Source: Clostridia bacterium (GTDB lineage Bacteria > Bacillota > Sulfobacillia > RBS10-35 > JAJYVM01). Taken from it: a stretch of 50,219 nucleotides of DNA. The DNA is taken from NCBI GenBank assembly GCA_027314765.1, contig DAHVAF010000003.1, positions 1-50,219 of the forward strand. Direction: 5' to 3'. Each line of letters begins with the position of its first letter. Position 1 is the stretch's first letter. The notes beneath the pieces are model-generated. The model had not been told where the DNA came from, searched no databases, and saw only the letters and a program-made list of their open reading frames with translations. This document shows positions 39,442-48,411 of this stretch, in pieces. The translations under genes and the position numbers were made by a program.

Positions 39442-40404
39442 TCACGGGATGAGAACAGGCCGCCTGCCCTGCTGGTCACGCCCCCAAACCTCCGCCACGC
39501 GCTCCAGGGGCACGCGTTCGACCTCGATGCGCAGCGTGCCGCGGGCCAGCAGGTCGAGGATCTCGCGCAGCGCCGCAGTGACCCGCTCCACGGGCGGAAT
39601 CGAGGCGCTGCCGCTGCCCAGGATCTCCAATCCGCTGCTGCGCAGGACCTCCGCCGGCAGGGCAATGTGGCTGCCGGCCATGTCGCCGCACTGCACAAGG
39701 CGGATGCGGCGGCCGTGCGGCAGCATGTCGTGCTGAACGAGGGTGCTGAGCAGCACCTCCGTCGGGTGGCCCCAGAGATAGTCGAGGACGACATCGTAGC
39801 CCACCCCGCCCGCCGCGTGGACGAACGCGGCGGCGAGGTCCGGATCGGCGGCGTCGACGTGGAGCGTGGCGTCGGCGCCCAGCTCGGCCACGGCCGCCAG
39901 CGAGTGGGGATTGCGGCCTGCGGCCACGACGCGGCCAGCCCCCAGGTGCCTGGCGGCCTGCACCGCCAGCCGGCCGGTGACGCCCGTGGCGCCGAGGATG
40001 AGCACCGTCTCGCCAGGTTGGAGGCCGGCGCGCCAGGTGAGGGTCATCCAGGCTGAGACGGCCGGGTTCCAGGCGGCAGCCGCCACCGCGTCGTCCACGC
40101 TGTCGGGGATGGGAAAGCACATGTCCGGCGGGGTGCTCGCAACGTCTGCCATGGTGCCGGAGCGGGAGCCGAAGAGCACGCGACGCCCATCCGGCAGGCA
40201 GCCGGCGCCGATCACTCCGGGGACCATGGGGAGGCCGGCCCCAGCGCTGACGGAGTAATGGGTACCGGCAGCGCGTGCCCGGTCAATGGCGTTGATCGGA
40301 GCCGCGGTCACCCTCACCAGGACCTCACCCGGCCCTGCGACCGGGACGGGAAGCTCCTCGCAGCGGGGCGTCTCGCCCAGGGCATGAAGAACTGCCGCCT
40401 TCAC
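39442..40404 (-). CDS. MDR-family (quinone oxidoreductase-like) dehydrogenase
   Basis: VLILGATGVTG, AAGRN, DVVLDYLWG; no evident Zn ligands. Confidence 0.88.
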   Translation of the reverse strand: MKAAVLHALGETPRCEELPVPVAGPGEVLVRVTAAPINAIDRARAAGTHYSVSAGAGLPMVPGVIGAGCLPDGRRVLFGSRSGTMADVASTPPDMCFPIPDSVDDAVAAAAWNPAVSAWMTLTWRAGLQPGETVLILGATGVTGRLAVQAARHLGAGRVVAAGRNPHSLAAVAELGADATLHVDAADPDLAAAFVHAAGGVGYDVVLDYLWGHPTEVLLSTLVQHDMLPHGRRIRLVQCGDMAGSHIALPAEVLRSSGLEILGSGSASIPPVERVTAALREILDLLARGTLRIEVERVPLERVAEVWGRDQQGRRPVLIP

Positions 40405-40420
40405 CGCCGACCCTCCTATA

Positions 40421-40453
40421 CGTACAACGTACGCTTATTCCATACTATGTACG
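40421..40453. promoter_or_regulatory. Twin TetR-type operators
   Basis: CGTAC-AAC-GTACG (40421) and CATAC-TAT-GTACG (40441), 20 bp apart between the divergent genes. Confidence 0.7.
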
Positions 40454-40460
40454 TTTCAAG

Positions 40461-41231
40461 GTGGCGCCGGACCGTGCCCCGAAGATTTTGGCTGGGGAGG
40501 CTGCTCCAGGCGTGCCGCATACCGATGCGCCGATCTGGTTACGGCCGGAGCCGGCTGGGCGCCAACCCCGATTCAGCCGCCAGCGCATTGCGGAGGCGGC
40601 CGTGGCGATCGCCGACCGGGAGGGCTTCGCGGCCGTGACCATGCGCCGGGTCGCCGCTGAGATCGGCGCGTCGCCGATGAGCCTCTACCACTACATCCGC
40701 GGCAAGGACGAGCTGCTCGCGCTGATGGACGACGCGCTCCTGGCGGAGTCGCTGCTTCCGACCGGCGGGTTGCCGGCCGACTGGCGGGGCGCCCTGACGG
40801 CCATCGCCCGCCGCACGCGCGACGTGTTCCTGCGGCACCCGTGGGCACTGCGGGCCCTGCAGGGAGACGCGGCCGCCCGGGGTGGCGCCATCAGCCCGAA
40901 CGCCATACGGCACTTCGAGCAGTCGCTGGCGGCGCTTGCGGGCGCGCCGCTCGACCCCCGCGGCAAGGTTGAGCTCCTGACGGTGGTGGACGACTTTGTG
41001 ATGGGGCACGCGCTGCGGGCCGGCGAGGAGCGCGTGCGGGCACACGCCAGTGCCGAGGAGATTCGTGCAGCGACGGCCTTCGCGCAGGAGCTCGTCAACT
41101 CGGGCGGCTACCCGAACCTGCAGTCCCTGGCCGAGCACGCGGAGGCCGCCTCCGCGCTCAGCGACGGCCAGGCGGAGGCTCGCTTCGAGCGAGGGCTGGC
41201 CATGCTCATCGACGGCGCCGTGCGTGCCTGA
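40461..41231 (+). CDS. TetR-family regulator with TetR_C domain
   Basis: IAEAAVAIADREG..AVTMRRVA..IG.SPMSLYHY..GKDEL; FERGL.MLIDG. Confidence 0.93.
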   Translation: MAPDRAPKILAGEAAPGVPHTDAPIWLRPEPAGRQPRFSRQRIAEAAVAIADREGFAAVTMRRVAAEIGASPMSLYHYIRGKDELLALMDDALLAESLLPTGGLPADWRGALTAIARRTRDVFLRHPWALRALQGDAAARGGAISPNAIRHFEQSLAALAGAPLDPRGKVELLTVVDDFVMGHALRAGEERVRAHASAEEIRAATAFAQELVNSGGYPNLQSLAEHAEAASALSDGQAEARFERGLAMLIDGAVRA

Positions 41232-41273
41232 AGGGGCGGTGCGGCCGCCACGCGGCGGCCGCACCCGCAGCTC

Positions 41274-41732
41274 CTACCAGTTCGCGACCCCGGCCGGCTG
41301 GCGGGTCGCCACGTTGAAGCGGTTGACGAGGTTGGTGAGCGCGATCGAGGCCGTCAGCGTGGCGAGGCCCTTCTCGTCGTAGTGGCGGGCGGCCTCGGCC
41401 CACACGTCGTCCGGCACCGGGTCGGCGCGGTCGCTGAGGCGGGTGACGCTCTCGGCCAGGGCCAGGGCGGCGCGCTCGGCGTCGGTGAAGTAGGGCGCCT
41501 CCCGCCAGGCGGCCACGGCCCAGAGCCGTTCGTCCGTCTCGCCCTCCTTCTTCGCCTGGCGCACGCCCATGTCGACGCAGAAGCTGCAGCCGTTGATCTG
41601 GCTGGCGCGCAGGTGGACGAGGCCGAGGGTGGTGCGCGGCACGCCGCCTCTGTACACGATCGCGGCGAGGCCCTGGACGGCCTCGGCGGCGCCGGGCAGC
41701 AGCACGGCGGGGTTCTGGATCCTTGACTCCAT
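41274..41732 (-). CDS. Carboxymuconolactone decarboxylase / AhpD-like protein
   Basis: LVHLRASQINGCSFC, AWREAPYFTDAERAAL. Confidence 0.92.
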   Translation of the reverse strand: MESRIQNPAVLLPGAAEAVQGLAAIVYRGGVPRTTLGLVHLRASQINGCSFCVDMGVRQAKKEGETDERLWAVAAWREAPYFTDAERAALALAESVTRLSDRADPVPDDVWAEAARHYDEKGLATLTASIALTNLVNRFNVATRQPAGVANW

Positions 41733-41757
41733 CTCTGATCGCCTCCTGGATCTTGGT

Positions 41758-41819
41758 TGTCACATCGGCCAAGCTTGGCGCGTCACCCTGATGACGCACG
41801 GCGACGGGGGAATGTGACG
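41758..41819. promoter_or_regulatory. Two opposed ECF41-type promoters
   Basis: Plus strand TGTCACA-N16-CGTC (41758-41784); minus strand CGTCACA-N16-CGTC (41819-41793). Confidence 0.8.
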
Positions 41820-41820
41820 G

Positions 41821-42705
41821 ATGGACGATGCGGGGTGGCTGGCCGAGCGCTTCGAGGAAAACCGAAAGCACCTGCGTGCCGTGGCCTACCGGCTTCTGGG
41901 CTCGGAGGGCGATGCGGACGACGCCGTCCAGGAGGCCTGGCTGCGCCTCAGCCGCTCCGACACCAGCGGTGTGGACAACCTTGGCGGCTGGCTGACGACG
42001 GTGGTGGCGCGTGTGAGCCTCGACATGCTGCGCGCGCGCAGGGCGCGCCCGCAGGAGCCGCTCGGGGAGAACATGGACGGCCCGGGCGGCGAGGACCCGG
42101 AGGAGCAGGCGGTCCTGGCCGACTCGGTCGGCCTGGCGCTGCAGGTCGTGCTCGACCGGCTGCCGCCGGCCGAGCGCGTCGCCTTCGTCCTGCACGACGT
42201 CTTCGCGGTGCCGTTCGAAGAGATCGCCCTGGTGGTGGGGCGCAGCCCCGTGGCCGCGCGGCAGATGGCGAGCCGCGCCCGCCGGCGGGTCCAGGGCGAG
42301 GCTGCGGTGCCCGAGGCCGATCCCGGCCGCCGGCGCGCGATCGTGGAGGCCTTCATCACTGCCGCGCACGGGGGCGACTTAGGGGTCCTGCTCGCCATCC
42401 TCGACCCGGACCTCCTCATCCGCGCGGATGCGGCGGCTGCGCGCCTGGGAGCCGCCCCGGAGCTCCGCGGCGCGCGGGAGGCCGTCGAGCGGTTCGCCGG
42501 CCGTGCAAGGGGCGCCCAGGCCGTCATCGCGGACGGCGTCCCCGCAGCGGCCTGGATCGTGCGCGGGCGGCCGCTTGTGGTGTTCTCGTTAACCATCGCG
42601 GGCGGCAGGATCACCGCGATCGACCTGATCGGCGATGTGGAGCGGATCGCCCGCATGGACATCGTGGTGCCCGGCCCGGCACCGCAAACCGGCGGGGCAG
42701 GCTGA
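41821..42705 (+). CDS. ECF sigma factor with SnoaL-like C-terminal extension (ECF41-like)
   Basis: AYRLLGS..DADDAVQEAWLR, L.P.ER.AFVLHDVF, RQ.ASRAR, SnoaL-like tail; adjacent CMD gene. Confidence 0.9.
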   Translation: MDDAGWLAERFEENRKHLRAVAYRLLGSEGDADDAVQEAWLRLSRSDTSGVDNLGGWLTTVVARVSLDMLRARRARPQEPLGENMDGPGGEDPEEQAVLADSVGLALQVVLDRLPPAERVAFVLHDVFAVPFEEIALVVGRSPVAARQMASRARRRVQGEAAVPEADPGRRRAIVEAFITAAHGGDLGVLLAILDPDLLIRADAAAARLGAAPELRGAREAVERFAGRARGAQAVIADGVPAAAWIVRGRPLVVFSLTIAGGRITAIDLIGDVERIARMDIVVPGPAPQTGGAG

Positions 42706-42785
42706 CGCGCCTCCGGCATGCCGGCCCCCTCCGTGGGGGCACGTTGACTGCGCGGGAGGGCGCGGGAACGGACCAGGGCAGGCGG

Positions 42786-43670
42786 GTGAGCCCGGCGGAG
42801 CCGACCGTGCTGCTGGTCAACCCCGCGGCGCGGCGGGGTGCGGCCGACTTTCCGGCGCTGCGCGATCTGCTCGCGGGCCGGCTCAACCTGGTTGGGGCGG
42901 GCGTGCCCAACACGCCGGAGCGGCTGATCGACTCCGTCGGCGACGCGCTCGCGCGGGGCGTGCGGCGCGTGGTCGTGGCGGGTGGCGACGGTACCCTCTC
43001 GTGCGTGGCGGGGCGGCTGCAGGGGACCGGCGCAGCGCTCGGCGTGGTGCCGTGGGGCAGCGGCAACACCTTCGCCTGCGGGCTTGGGCTGCCGGGGCGC
43101 CTGCCGGACCTGCTGGACGTGCTGGCGGAGGGGCGGGTGCACGCCTTCGACGTGGGGTGGGTGGAGGACGCCGGGGGCGCCGCGCGGGCCTTCCTCAACA
43201 CGGTGACGCTGGGCGTCAGCCAGCGGCTGGCGACGCTGCTCACCCCGAGCGTCAAGCGCCGCCTCGGCTGGCTGGCGTGGCCCTTGGCCATCCGCCGCGC
43301 CCTGCGCTCGACACGGCGCGTGACCGTGCGGCTCAGCTACGCCGACGGGACCGTCGATGCGTTCACGACGCGCCAGCTCATCGTGGCCAACGGTCGCTCC
43401 CTTGCCGGACCGCTGCGGGCGACGCCGTGGGCCTCGGGCGAGGACGGGCGGCTTGAGGTCTTCAGCCTGGGCACGTTCGGGCGGCTGGCGGCGCTGGCCG
43501 TGCTGGGGCGCCACGTCCACGACCCGGAGTCCCACTACCGCATCTGCCGCAGCGTGGAGGTGGCGTGCACGCCACCCTCCTCCCTGGACGTCGACGGAGA
43601 CGTCTGGGGACGCACGCCCGTCGCCTGCCGCGTGCTGCCCGGAGCGCTGGACGTGCTGGCGCCACGCTGA
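42786..43670 (+). CDS. Diacylglycerol/lipid kinase family protein
   Basis: VNPAARRG, AGGDGTL, P.GSGN.F, FLN, VANG, DVDGD. Confidence 0.9.
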   Translation: MSPAEPTVLLVNPAARRGAADFPALRDLLAGRLNLVGAGVPNTPERLIDSVGDALARGVRRVVVAGGDGTLSCVAGRLQGTGAALGVVPWGSGNTFACGLGLPGRLPDLLDVLAEGRVHAFDVGWVEDAGGAARAFLNTVTLGVSQRLATLLTPSVKRRLGWLAWPLAIRRALRSTRRVTVRLSYADGTVDAFTTRQLIVANGRSLAGPLRATPWASGEDGRLEVFSLGTFGRLAALAVLGRHVHDPESHYRICRSVEVACTPPSSLDVDGDVWGRTPVACRVLPGALDVLAPR

Positions 43671-43706
43671 CCCTTGCAGGACCGATAGCCGGGGCGCTCG
43701 TGCCGC

Positions 43707-44660
43707 TTACGCGGCAGCCGCCGCGCGCAGCAGGGCCATGCCGGCCGCCGTGGCCGGCGACTCGTCCCGCGCCAGGTGGAGCGGCGCGGCTTCCCCGCCC
43801 AGCACGGCGTGGATGTGGCGGATGGCGGCCGTGAAGGGCGGCTCCGGGCCGGTGGGCCGCTCCACGCACTCCCGCCCGCCGGCCCGCACCTCGATCGTGT
43901 CGGCCGGACCCGGGTGGAACGGGTTGCTCAGGCGGATCTCGCCCTCGGTGCCGAGCAGGCGCGACAGGCAGTCCCGGCCCCGGCCGAGCCCGCAGCTCAT
44001 CAGCAGGCGGCGGCCGCCCGGGAAGCCGAGGATCCCCTGCATCTCCTCGTCGACGCCCTCGGGGGCGAGCGTGGCCGTGGCGCGGGCCGACTCCGGGGCC
44101 GCGCCGAGTGCCTGCGTCCCGAAGTGGACGCAGTAGCAGCCGACATCGTTCAGCGCGCCGCCCGCGAGGGTGGGGTCGAAGCGGATGTTCTGCCGGCTGC
44201 GCAGCCGAAAGTGGAACGAGGAGTGGATCTCACGCAGCTCGCCGATGGCGCCGGCGGCCAGCAGCTCGCGCACGCGCGCCATCTGGGCGTGGAAGGGGAA
44301 CACGAAGGCCTCCCACAGCAGGCCGGGTTCGCCCAGGACCCGCTCGGTCTCGGGCAGGTCAACGCAGAGCGGCTTCTCGCAAAGCACGGCCTTGCCGGCC
44401 CTCAGGGCCCTGATGGTCCACTCGGCGTGCAGGCTGTTCGGCAGCGGCACATAGACGGCCTGAATCCGCGGGTCTTCGAGGAGGGCCCGGTAGCCGGCGA
44501 CGGCGTGCTCGATGCCGTTCGCGGCCGCGTAGGCCGCGCCCCGCTCCTGCGAGCGCGATGCGACGGCGAGGGCGGCGCCGCCGCCCGCGGCCCGCAGGCC
44601 GGGCAGGAACGAGGCGCGGGCGATGTTGGCGGTGCCGAGGATGCCCCACTGAATGTCCAT
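43707..44660 (-). CDS. Gfo/Idh/MocA oxidoreductase
   Basis: WGILGTANIA, VYVPLPN.LH.EW, GKAVLCEKP, GGAL.DVGCY. Confidence 0.92.
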   Translation of the reverse strand: MDIQWGILGTANIARASFLPGLRAAGGGAALAVASRSQERGAAYAAANGIEHAVAGYRALLEDPRIQAVYVPLPNSLHAEWTIRALRAGKAVLCEKPLCVDLPETERVLGEPGLLWEAFVFPFHAQMARVRELLAAGAIGELREIHSSFHFRLRSRQNIRFDPTLAGGALNDVGCYCVHFGTQALGAAPESARATATLAPEGVDEEMQGILGFPGGRRLLMSCGLGRGRDCLSRLLGTEGEIRLSNPFHPGPADTIEVRAGGRECVERPTGPEPPFTAAIRHIHAVLGGEAAPLHLARDESPATAAGMALLRAAAAA

Positions 44661-44715
44661 CGCGGTACACTTCGGCTCGGAGCGAGCCGACTCCCGCCCG
44701 AGGGGGCAGATCGCC

Positions 44716-45855
44716 ATGACGCGCCTGCACTACCTGGACTACCTCCGCGCGGGCCTCGTCGCCCTGGTGCTGTTTCACCACACGGCGATCACGTACGGTG
44801 CCCCCGGATCCTGGTATTACACCGACCCGCACCCGGCCGGCCCGGCCGCGCAGGGCCTGCTCACCATGTTCGTCGCCTGGAATCAGGCCTACTTCATGGG
44901 CCTCCTCTTCTTCATCTCGGGCTACCTGTCGCCGACCTCATACGCCCGCAAGGGTCCCGGCCGCTACCTCGCCGACCGGCTGTGGCGCTTCGGCATCCCG
45001 CTCGTCGCGTACATCTTCTTTCTTCAGCCCCTGCTCCAGTACGTCATGAACGCCATGCAGCACGGCCCCGCGGTCGCCGCCGTCCCGTACTGGATCCACC
45101 ACTACCTGACGCTGCAGATCGTGGACCCGGGCCCGCTCTGGTTCATCGAGGCCCTGCTCGTCTTCGACGTGCTGTTTGTGGGCTGGATGCGCTGGCGCGG
45201 CCAGCGGCCGGCGCTGCCCGCCCCGTTCCCCGGCAACGGCCGCATCCTGGCCTTCGCCCTCGTTCTGGGCCTGAGCAGCTTCCTTGTGCGCATCGCGATG
45301 CCGGTGGGCCAGACCTTCGCGGCCCTGCAGCTCGGGTACTTCCCCGGCTATGTCGCGCTGTTCGTGCTCGGTGTGGACGCGCAGCGCCGCGGGTGGCTGG
45401 AGCTGATCCCCGGCCGCGCCGTGCGGCTGGCCAAGCGCCTTGTCGTCATCGCGCTTGTCACCCTGGTGGCCGGCGTCGTGCTGCTCGCCACGCAGGTCGC
45501 GGCGGTGGGCGCCCAGGCGGCAAGCGCCGACGTGGCCGGGGGCCTGCACGTCGCCGCGCTCTACTACGCGCTGTGGGAGCCCCTGGTCATCTGCGGCATG
45601 TGCATCTGGCTGCTGGACTGGGGCCGGCGGCGGCTCAACCGGCCGTCACCGGGGTGGAAGGCCTGGTCGAGCGGCTCCTACCTCGTCTACATCATCCAGC
45701 CCCTGGTGCTGGTCCCGCTGGCCCTGGCGTTTCGCTTCGCGGCGTGGCCGGGGCTGCTCAAGTTCCTCGTGGTGGGGACGCTGGCCGTCGTCCTCGCCAA
45801 CGTCATCGCCCGGCTGCTGCGGCAGCTCGGCCCCGTCCGGTCGGTCGTGGGCTGA
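44716..45855 (+). CDS. Acyltransferase_3 family membrane protein (OpgC-like)
   Basis: LDYLR...LV..HH, FMGL.FFISGY, R.WR.GIP, GPLWF; about 10 TM helices. Confidence 0.88.
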   Translation: MTRLHYLDYLRAGLVALVLFHHTAITYGAPGSWYYTDPHPAGPAAQGLLTMFVAWNQAYFMGLLFFISGYLSPTSYARKGPGRYLADRLWRFGIPLVAYIFFLQPLLQYVMNAMQHGPAVAAVPYWIHHYLTLQIVDPGPLWFIEALLVFDVLFVGWMRWRGQRPALPAPFPGNGRILAFALVLGLSSFLVRIAMPVGQTFAALQLGYFPGYVALFVLGVDAQRRGWLELIPGRAVRLAKRLVVIALVTLVAGVVLLATQVAAVGAQAASADVAGGLHVAALYYALWEPLVICGMCIWLLDWGRRRLNRPSPGWKAWSSGSYLVYIIQPLVLVPLALAFRFAAWPGLLKFLVVGTLAVVLANVIARLLRQLGPVRSVVG

Positions 45856-46608
45856 GCCACCGGCCGCACGTCCGCGCCGCGTAGATGGCGGCCAGGGCGG
45901 CCTGCAGGTCGGCGAACTCCTGCGGGCTGAGCTCCTCCAGGCGGTCCAGGTGCGCCTTCAGGTCCTGCAGGGGGCCCTGCTGGCGGCGCTGCGTGCCGCG
46001 CTCGACGAGGATGGTCGCCACGGTGCCGGTGAAGATGCCGATGAAGCCGGTCCCGAAGAGCATGAGCACCACGGCGACCGCCCGGCCCGCCGCGGTCTTG
46101 GGCGCGATGTCGCCGTGGCCGACCGTCGTGGTGGTGACCAAGCTCCACCAGAGGGCGTCCCCGAAGGAGCCGATGTCCGGCTCCACCCGGTGGATGGCGT
46201 GGGCGCCGGCGACCACCAGCCCGAACGTCACGGCCACCACGCAGACGAACCCGTGGCGCAGAAAGACGCCGTGGAAGAACTCGGAGTACCGGCGGAGCAT
46301 GATGAAGCCGCGCAGCGCCCGGAACCAGGTGAAGCCGCTGATGAAGAGGCTCAGGGGAATCAGGGCCACCAGGTCGATCCAGTGCTCGCGCAGAAAGCGG
46401 CTGCGCGCCTGCGCGAGGTGGAGCCGGACCAGGAAGTCGAGGGCGAAGACGGCGTACGCGAACCGGTCGAGGTCCGTGAGGTCGCGCACGACGGCCGGCG
46501 CAAGGGGGAAGGCGTAGGAGAGGGCCACGCTGCCGGCCAGGGCGACCGCCGTGATGGCCTGAACGGCTCGTACACCCGGTGCAGGACACTGAGGACCGTC
46601 CGTTTCAC
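45803..46608 (-). pseudogene. Potassium channel, apparently frameshifted near 46567, with atypical filter TVGHGD
   Basis: DALWWSLVT.TTVGHGDI.P.T..GR pore region. The N-terminus MKRTVLSVLHRVYE is in a different frame from AVQAITAVALAG. The 3' end overlaps the convergent gene by 53 bp. Confidence 0.6.
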
Positions 46609-46623
46609 ACCACTATCAGTCTC

Positions 46624-47454
46624 CTACTTCGACGGCGGCGCCGGGAGCCCCCACTTCCGCAGCATGGCGCGCCATGTCGGCCCGCCCACCAGGTCGCGCA
46701 CGGCCGTATCGACAGCGGCGGCGAGGTCCGGCTCGTCGGCGCGCACCGCCACCACGTACGCCACATCGCCGATGCCCGGCTGCCACAGGCGCAGCTGGGG
46801 GTCGGACCGCAGCCAGGCCGGGGCCAGCGCCCGGGTCGTCACCAGGGCGGCGGCCTCGCCGGACTGCACGGCGGCCACGGCGGCCTCGGCGCTGGGCTTG
46901 GGCGCCGCCAGGACAGTCACGTCCCTGGCCCTGGCGGCCGCCACCAGCATGGCCCCGGCGCCCGCATCCTCCGGCAGCGTGGCCACCACCCGCCCGTCCA
47001 GGCTGCGCAGGTCGGTCAGCGGTGTGCCGCGGCGAGCGATCAGCACGACCGGCGAACGGTAAAAGGGTGGGGAGTAACGGTAGGCGCCCTCGGTGCCGGC
47101 CGTGGCCGCGACGCCCGCGATTACCACGTCCGCCGCGTGGGCGTCCAGGGCCAGCAGCCGGACAGGCCCGGCCGGCACCCACGCGACCTTGTCGGGGTCG
47201 CCGAGCAGGGCGGCGGCCAGGGCCCGGGCAAAGTCGATCTCAAAGCCCTCGGGCACGAGGCTCCCCGGCCGCCGGAAGCCCATGGGCGGGGCGTCCTCGC
47301 GGATGGCGACGCGCAGCACGCCCGCGGCGCGGATGCGGGCCAGGGCGCTGGGGGCGGCGGCGGCCGGGATCCGTCCGGCCGCGTGGACGCCGCAGCCGCC
47401 GGCGATCAGGAGGAGGGCCGCCAGCGCCGCGAGCGCGAACCGGCGAGATGCCAT
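46624..47454 (-). CDS. Amino-acid ABC substrate-binding lipoprotein (family 3), no cognate permease nearby
   Basis: AGGC lipobox, I...G.LRV, PP.GF, GFEIDFA..LA, DL.G..VA. Confidence 0.82.
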   Translation of the reverse strand: MASRRFALAALAALLLIAGGCGVHAAGRIPAAAAPSALARIRAAGVLRVAIREDAPPMGFRRPGSLVPEGFEIDFARALAAALLGDPDKVAWVPAGPVRLLALDAHAADVVIAGVAATAGTEGAYRYSPPFYRSPVVLIARRGTPLTDLRSLDGRVVATLPEDAGAGAMLVAAARARDVTVLAAPKPSAEAAVAAVQSGEAAALVTTRALAPAWLRSDPQLRLWQPGIGDVAYVVAVRADEPDLAAAVDTAVRDLVGGPTWRAMLRKWGLPAPPSK

Positions 47455-47558
47455 CCTCCCACGGCTATGCCCGGGCGCACCCCGCCAAGCACCGGGGCGG
47501 CGCAGGGGAACCGCAATCGGCGGCGGACGCGCAAGCGGCCGCCGTCACGAACGCGCTG

Positions 47559-48341
47559 CTATTTGCCCTGCCAGCGCGGCGGGCGTTTCTCCAGGAACGC
47601 GCGCACGCCCTCCTTGAAGTCGTCGCTCATGTAGCACGCGAGCACGTACTCCTGGCCGCGCCAGGACGGGCCGGCCTCCGCCATCAGCCGCTGCACGACC
47701 TTCTTCGTCTCGCGGATGGTGATGGGGGCGTTGCCGCAGATCGTCTCCGCCACGTCGCGCACCTTGGCCTCCAGGGCGTCGGCGGGCACGACGGCCGTGA
47801 CCAGGCCCATGTCGTAGGCCTCCTGGGCCGGCACCTGGCGGGCCGTGAAGAGCAGGTCCAGCGTGCGGGACGGCCCGATCTGCTGCAGCAGGCGCGCCGT
47901 GTTCGCGGGGGCGAAGATGTTGCCCAGGCGGGCGGGCGGGGCGCCGAAGCGGCTGTCGGGGGTGCAGAAGCGCAGGTCGCAGGCCATCGCCAGGCCGAAG
48001 CCGCCGCCGACGCAGAAGCCCTGGATCATGGCGACCGTGGGCTTGCTCACGCGGCCGAGGCGGCCGATGCGGCCGGAGATCATCTCCTCGTAGCCCAGGG
48101 CGTCGGCCTCCGTGGTGAAGTCGAGGAACTGGCGGATGTCCGTGCCGGAGGCGAACGAGCGGCCGCCGGCGCCGCGCAGGATCATCACCCGGACGTCGGG
48201 GTCCTGGTCGACCTCCTCGCAGAGGGCCGCCAGGCGGTCGTACATGTCGAACGTGAACGCGTTGCGCTGCTCCGGGCGGTTGACCGTGAGCCAGGCGAGC
48301 TGGCCCTCCTTGCTGTAGAGCAGGTCCTGCTCCGCACCCAT
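47559..48341 (-). CDS. Enoyl-CoA hydratase/isomerase family protein
   Basis: NRPEQRNA, F.SG.DI, G.CVGGG, CDLR, DFKEGVRAFLEKR.P.W. Confidence 0.93.
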   Translation of the reverse strand: MGAEQDLLYSKEGQLAWLTVNRPEQRNAFTFDMYDRLAALCEEVDQDPDVRVMILRGAGGRSFASGTDIRQFLDFTTEADALGYEEMISGRIGRLGRVSKPTVAMIQGFCVGGGFGLAMACDLRFCTPDSRFGAPPARLGNIFAPANTARLLQQIGPSRTLDLLFTARQVPAQEAYDMGLVTAVVPADALEAKVRDVAETICGNAPITIRETKKVVQRLMAEAGPSWRGQEYVLACYMSDDFKEGVRAFLEKRPPRWQGK

Positions 48342-48411
48342 CGAAAGCTTCACCTCGTTGCCGTAAGTCCTTGGGTAGGGAATTCTCCATCGGAAGGGCG
48401 GTCCTGCCGAG

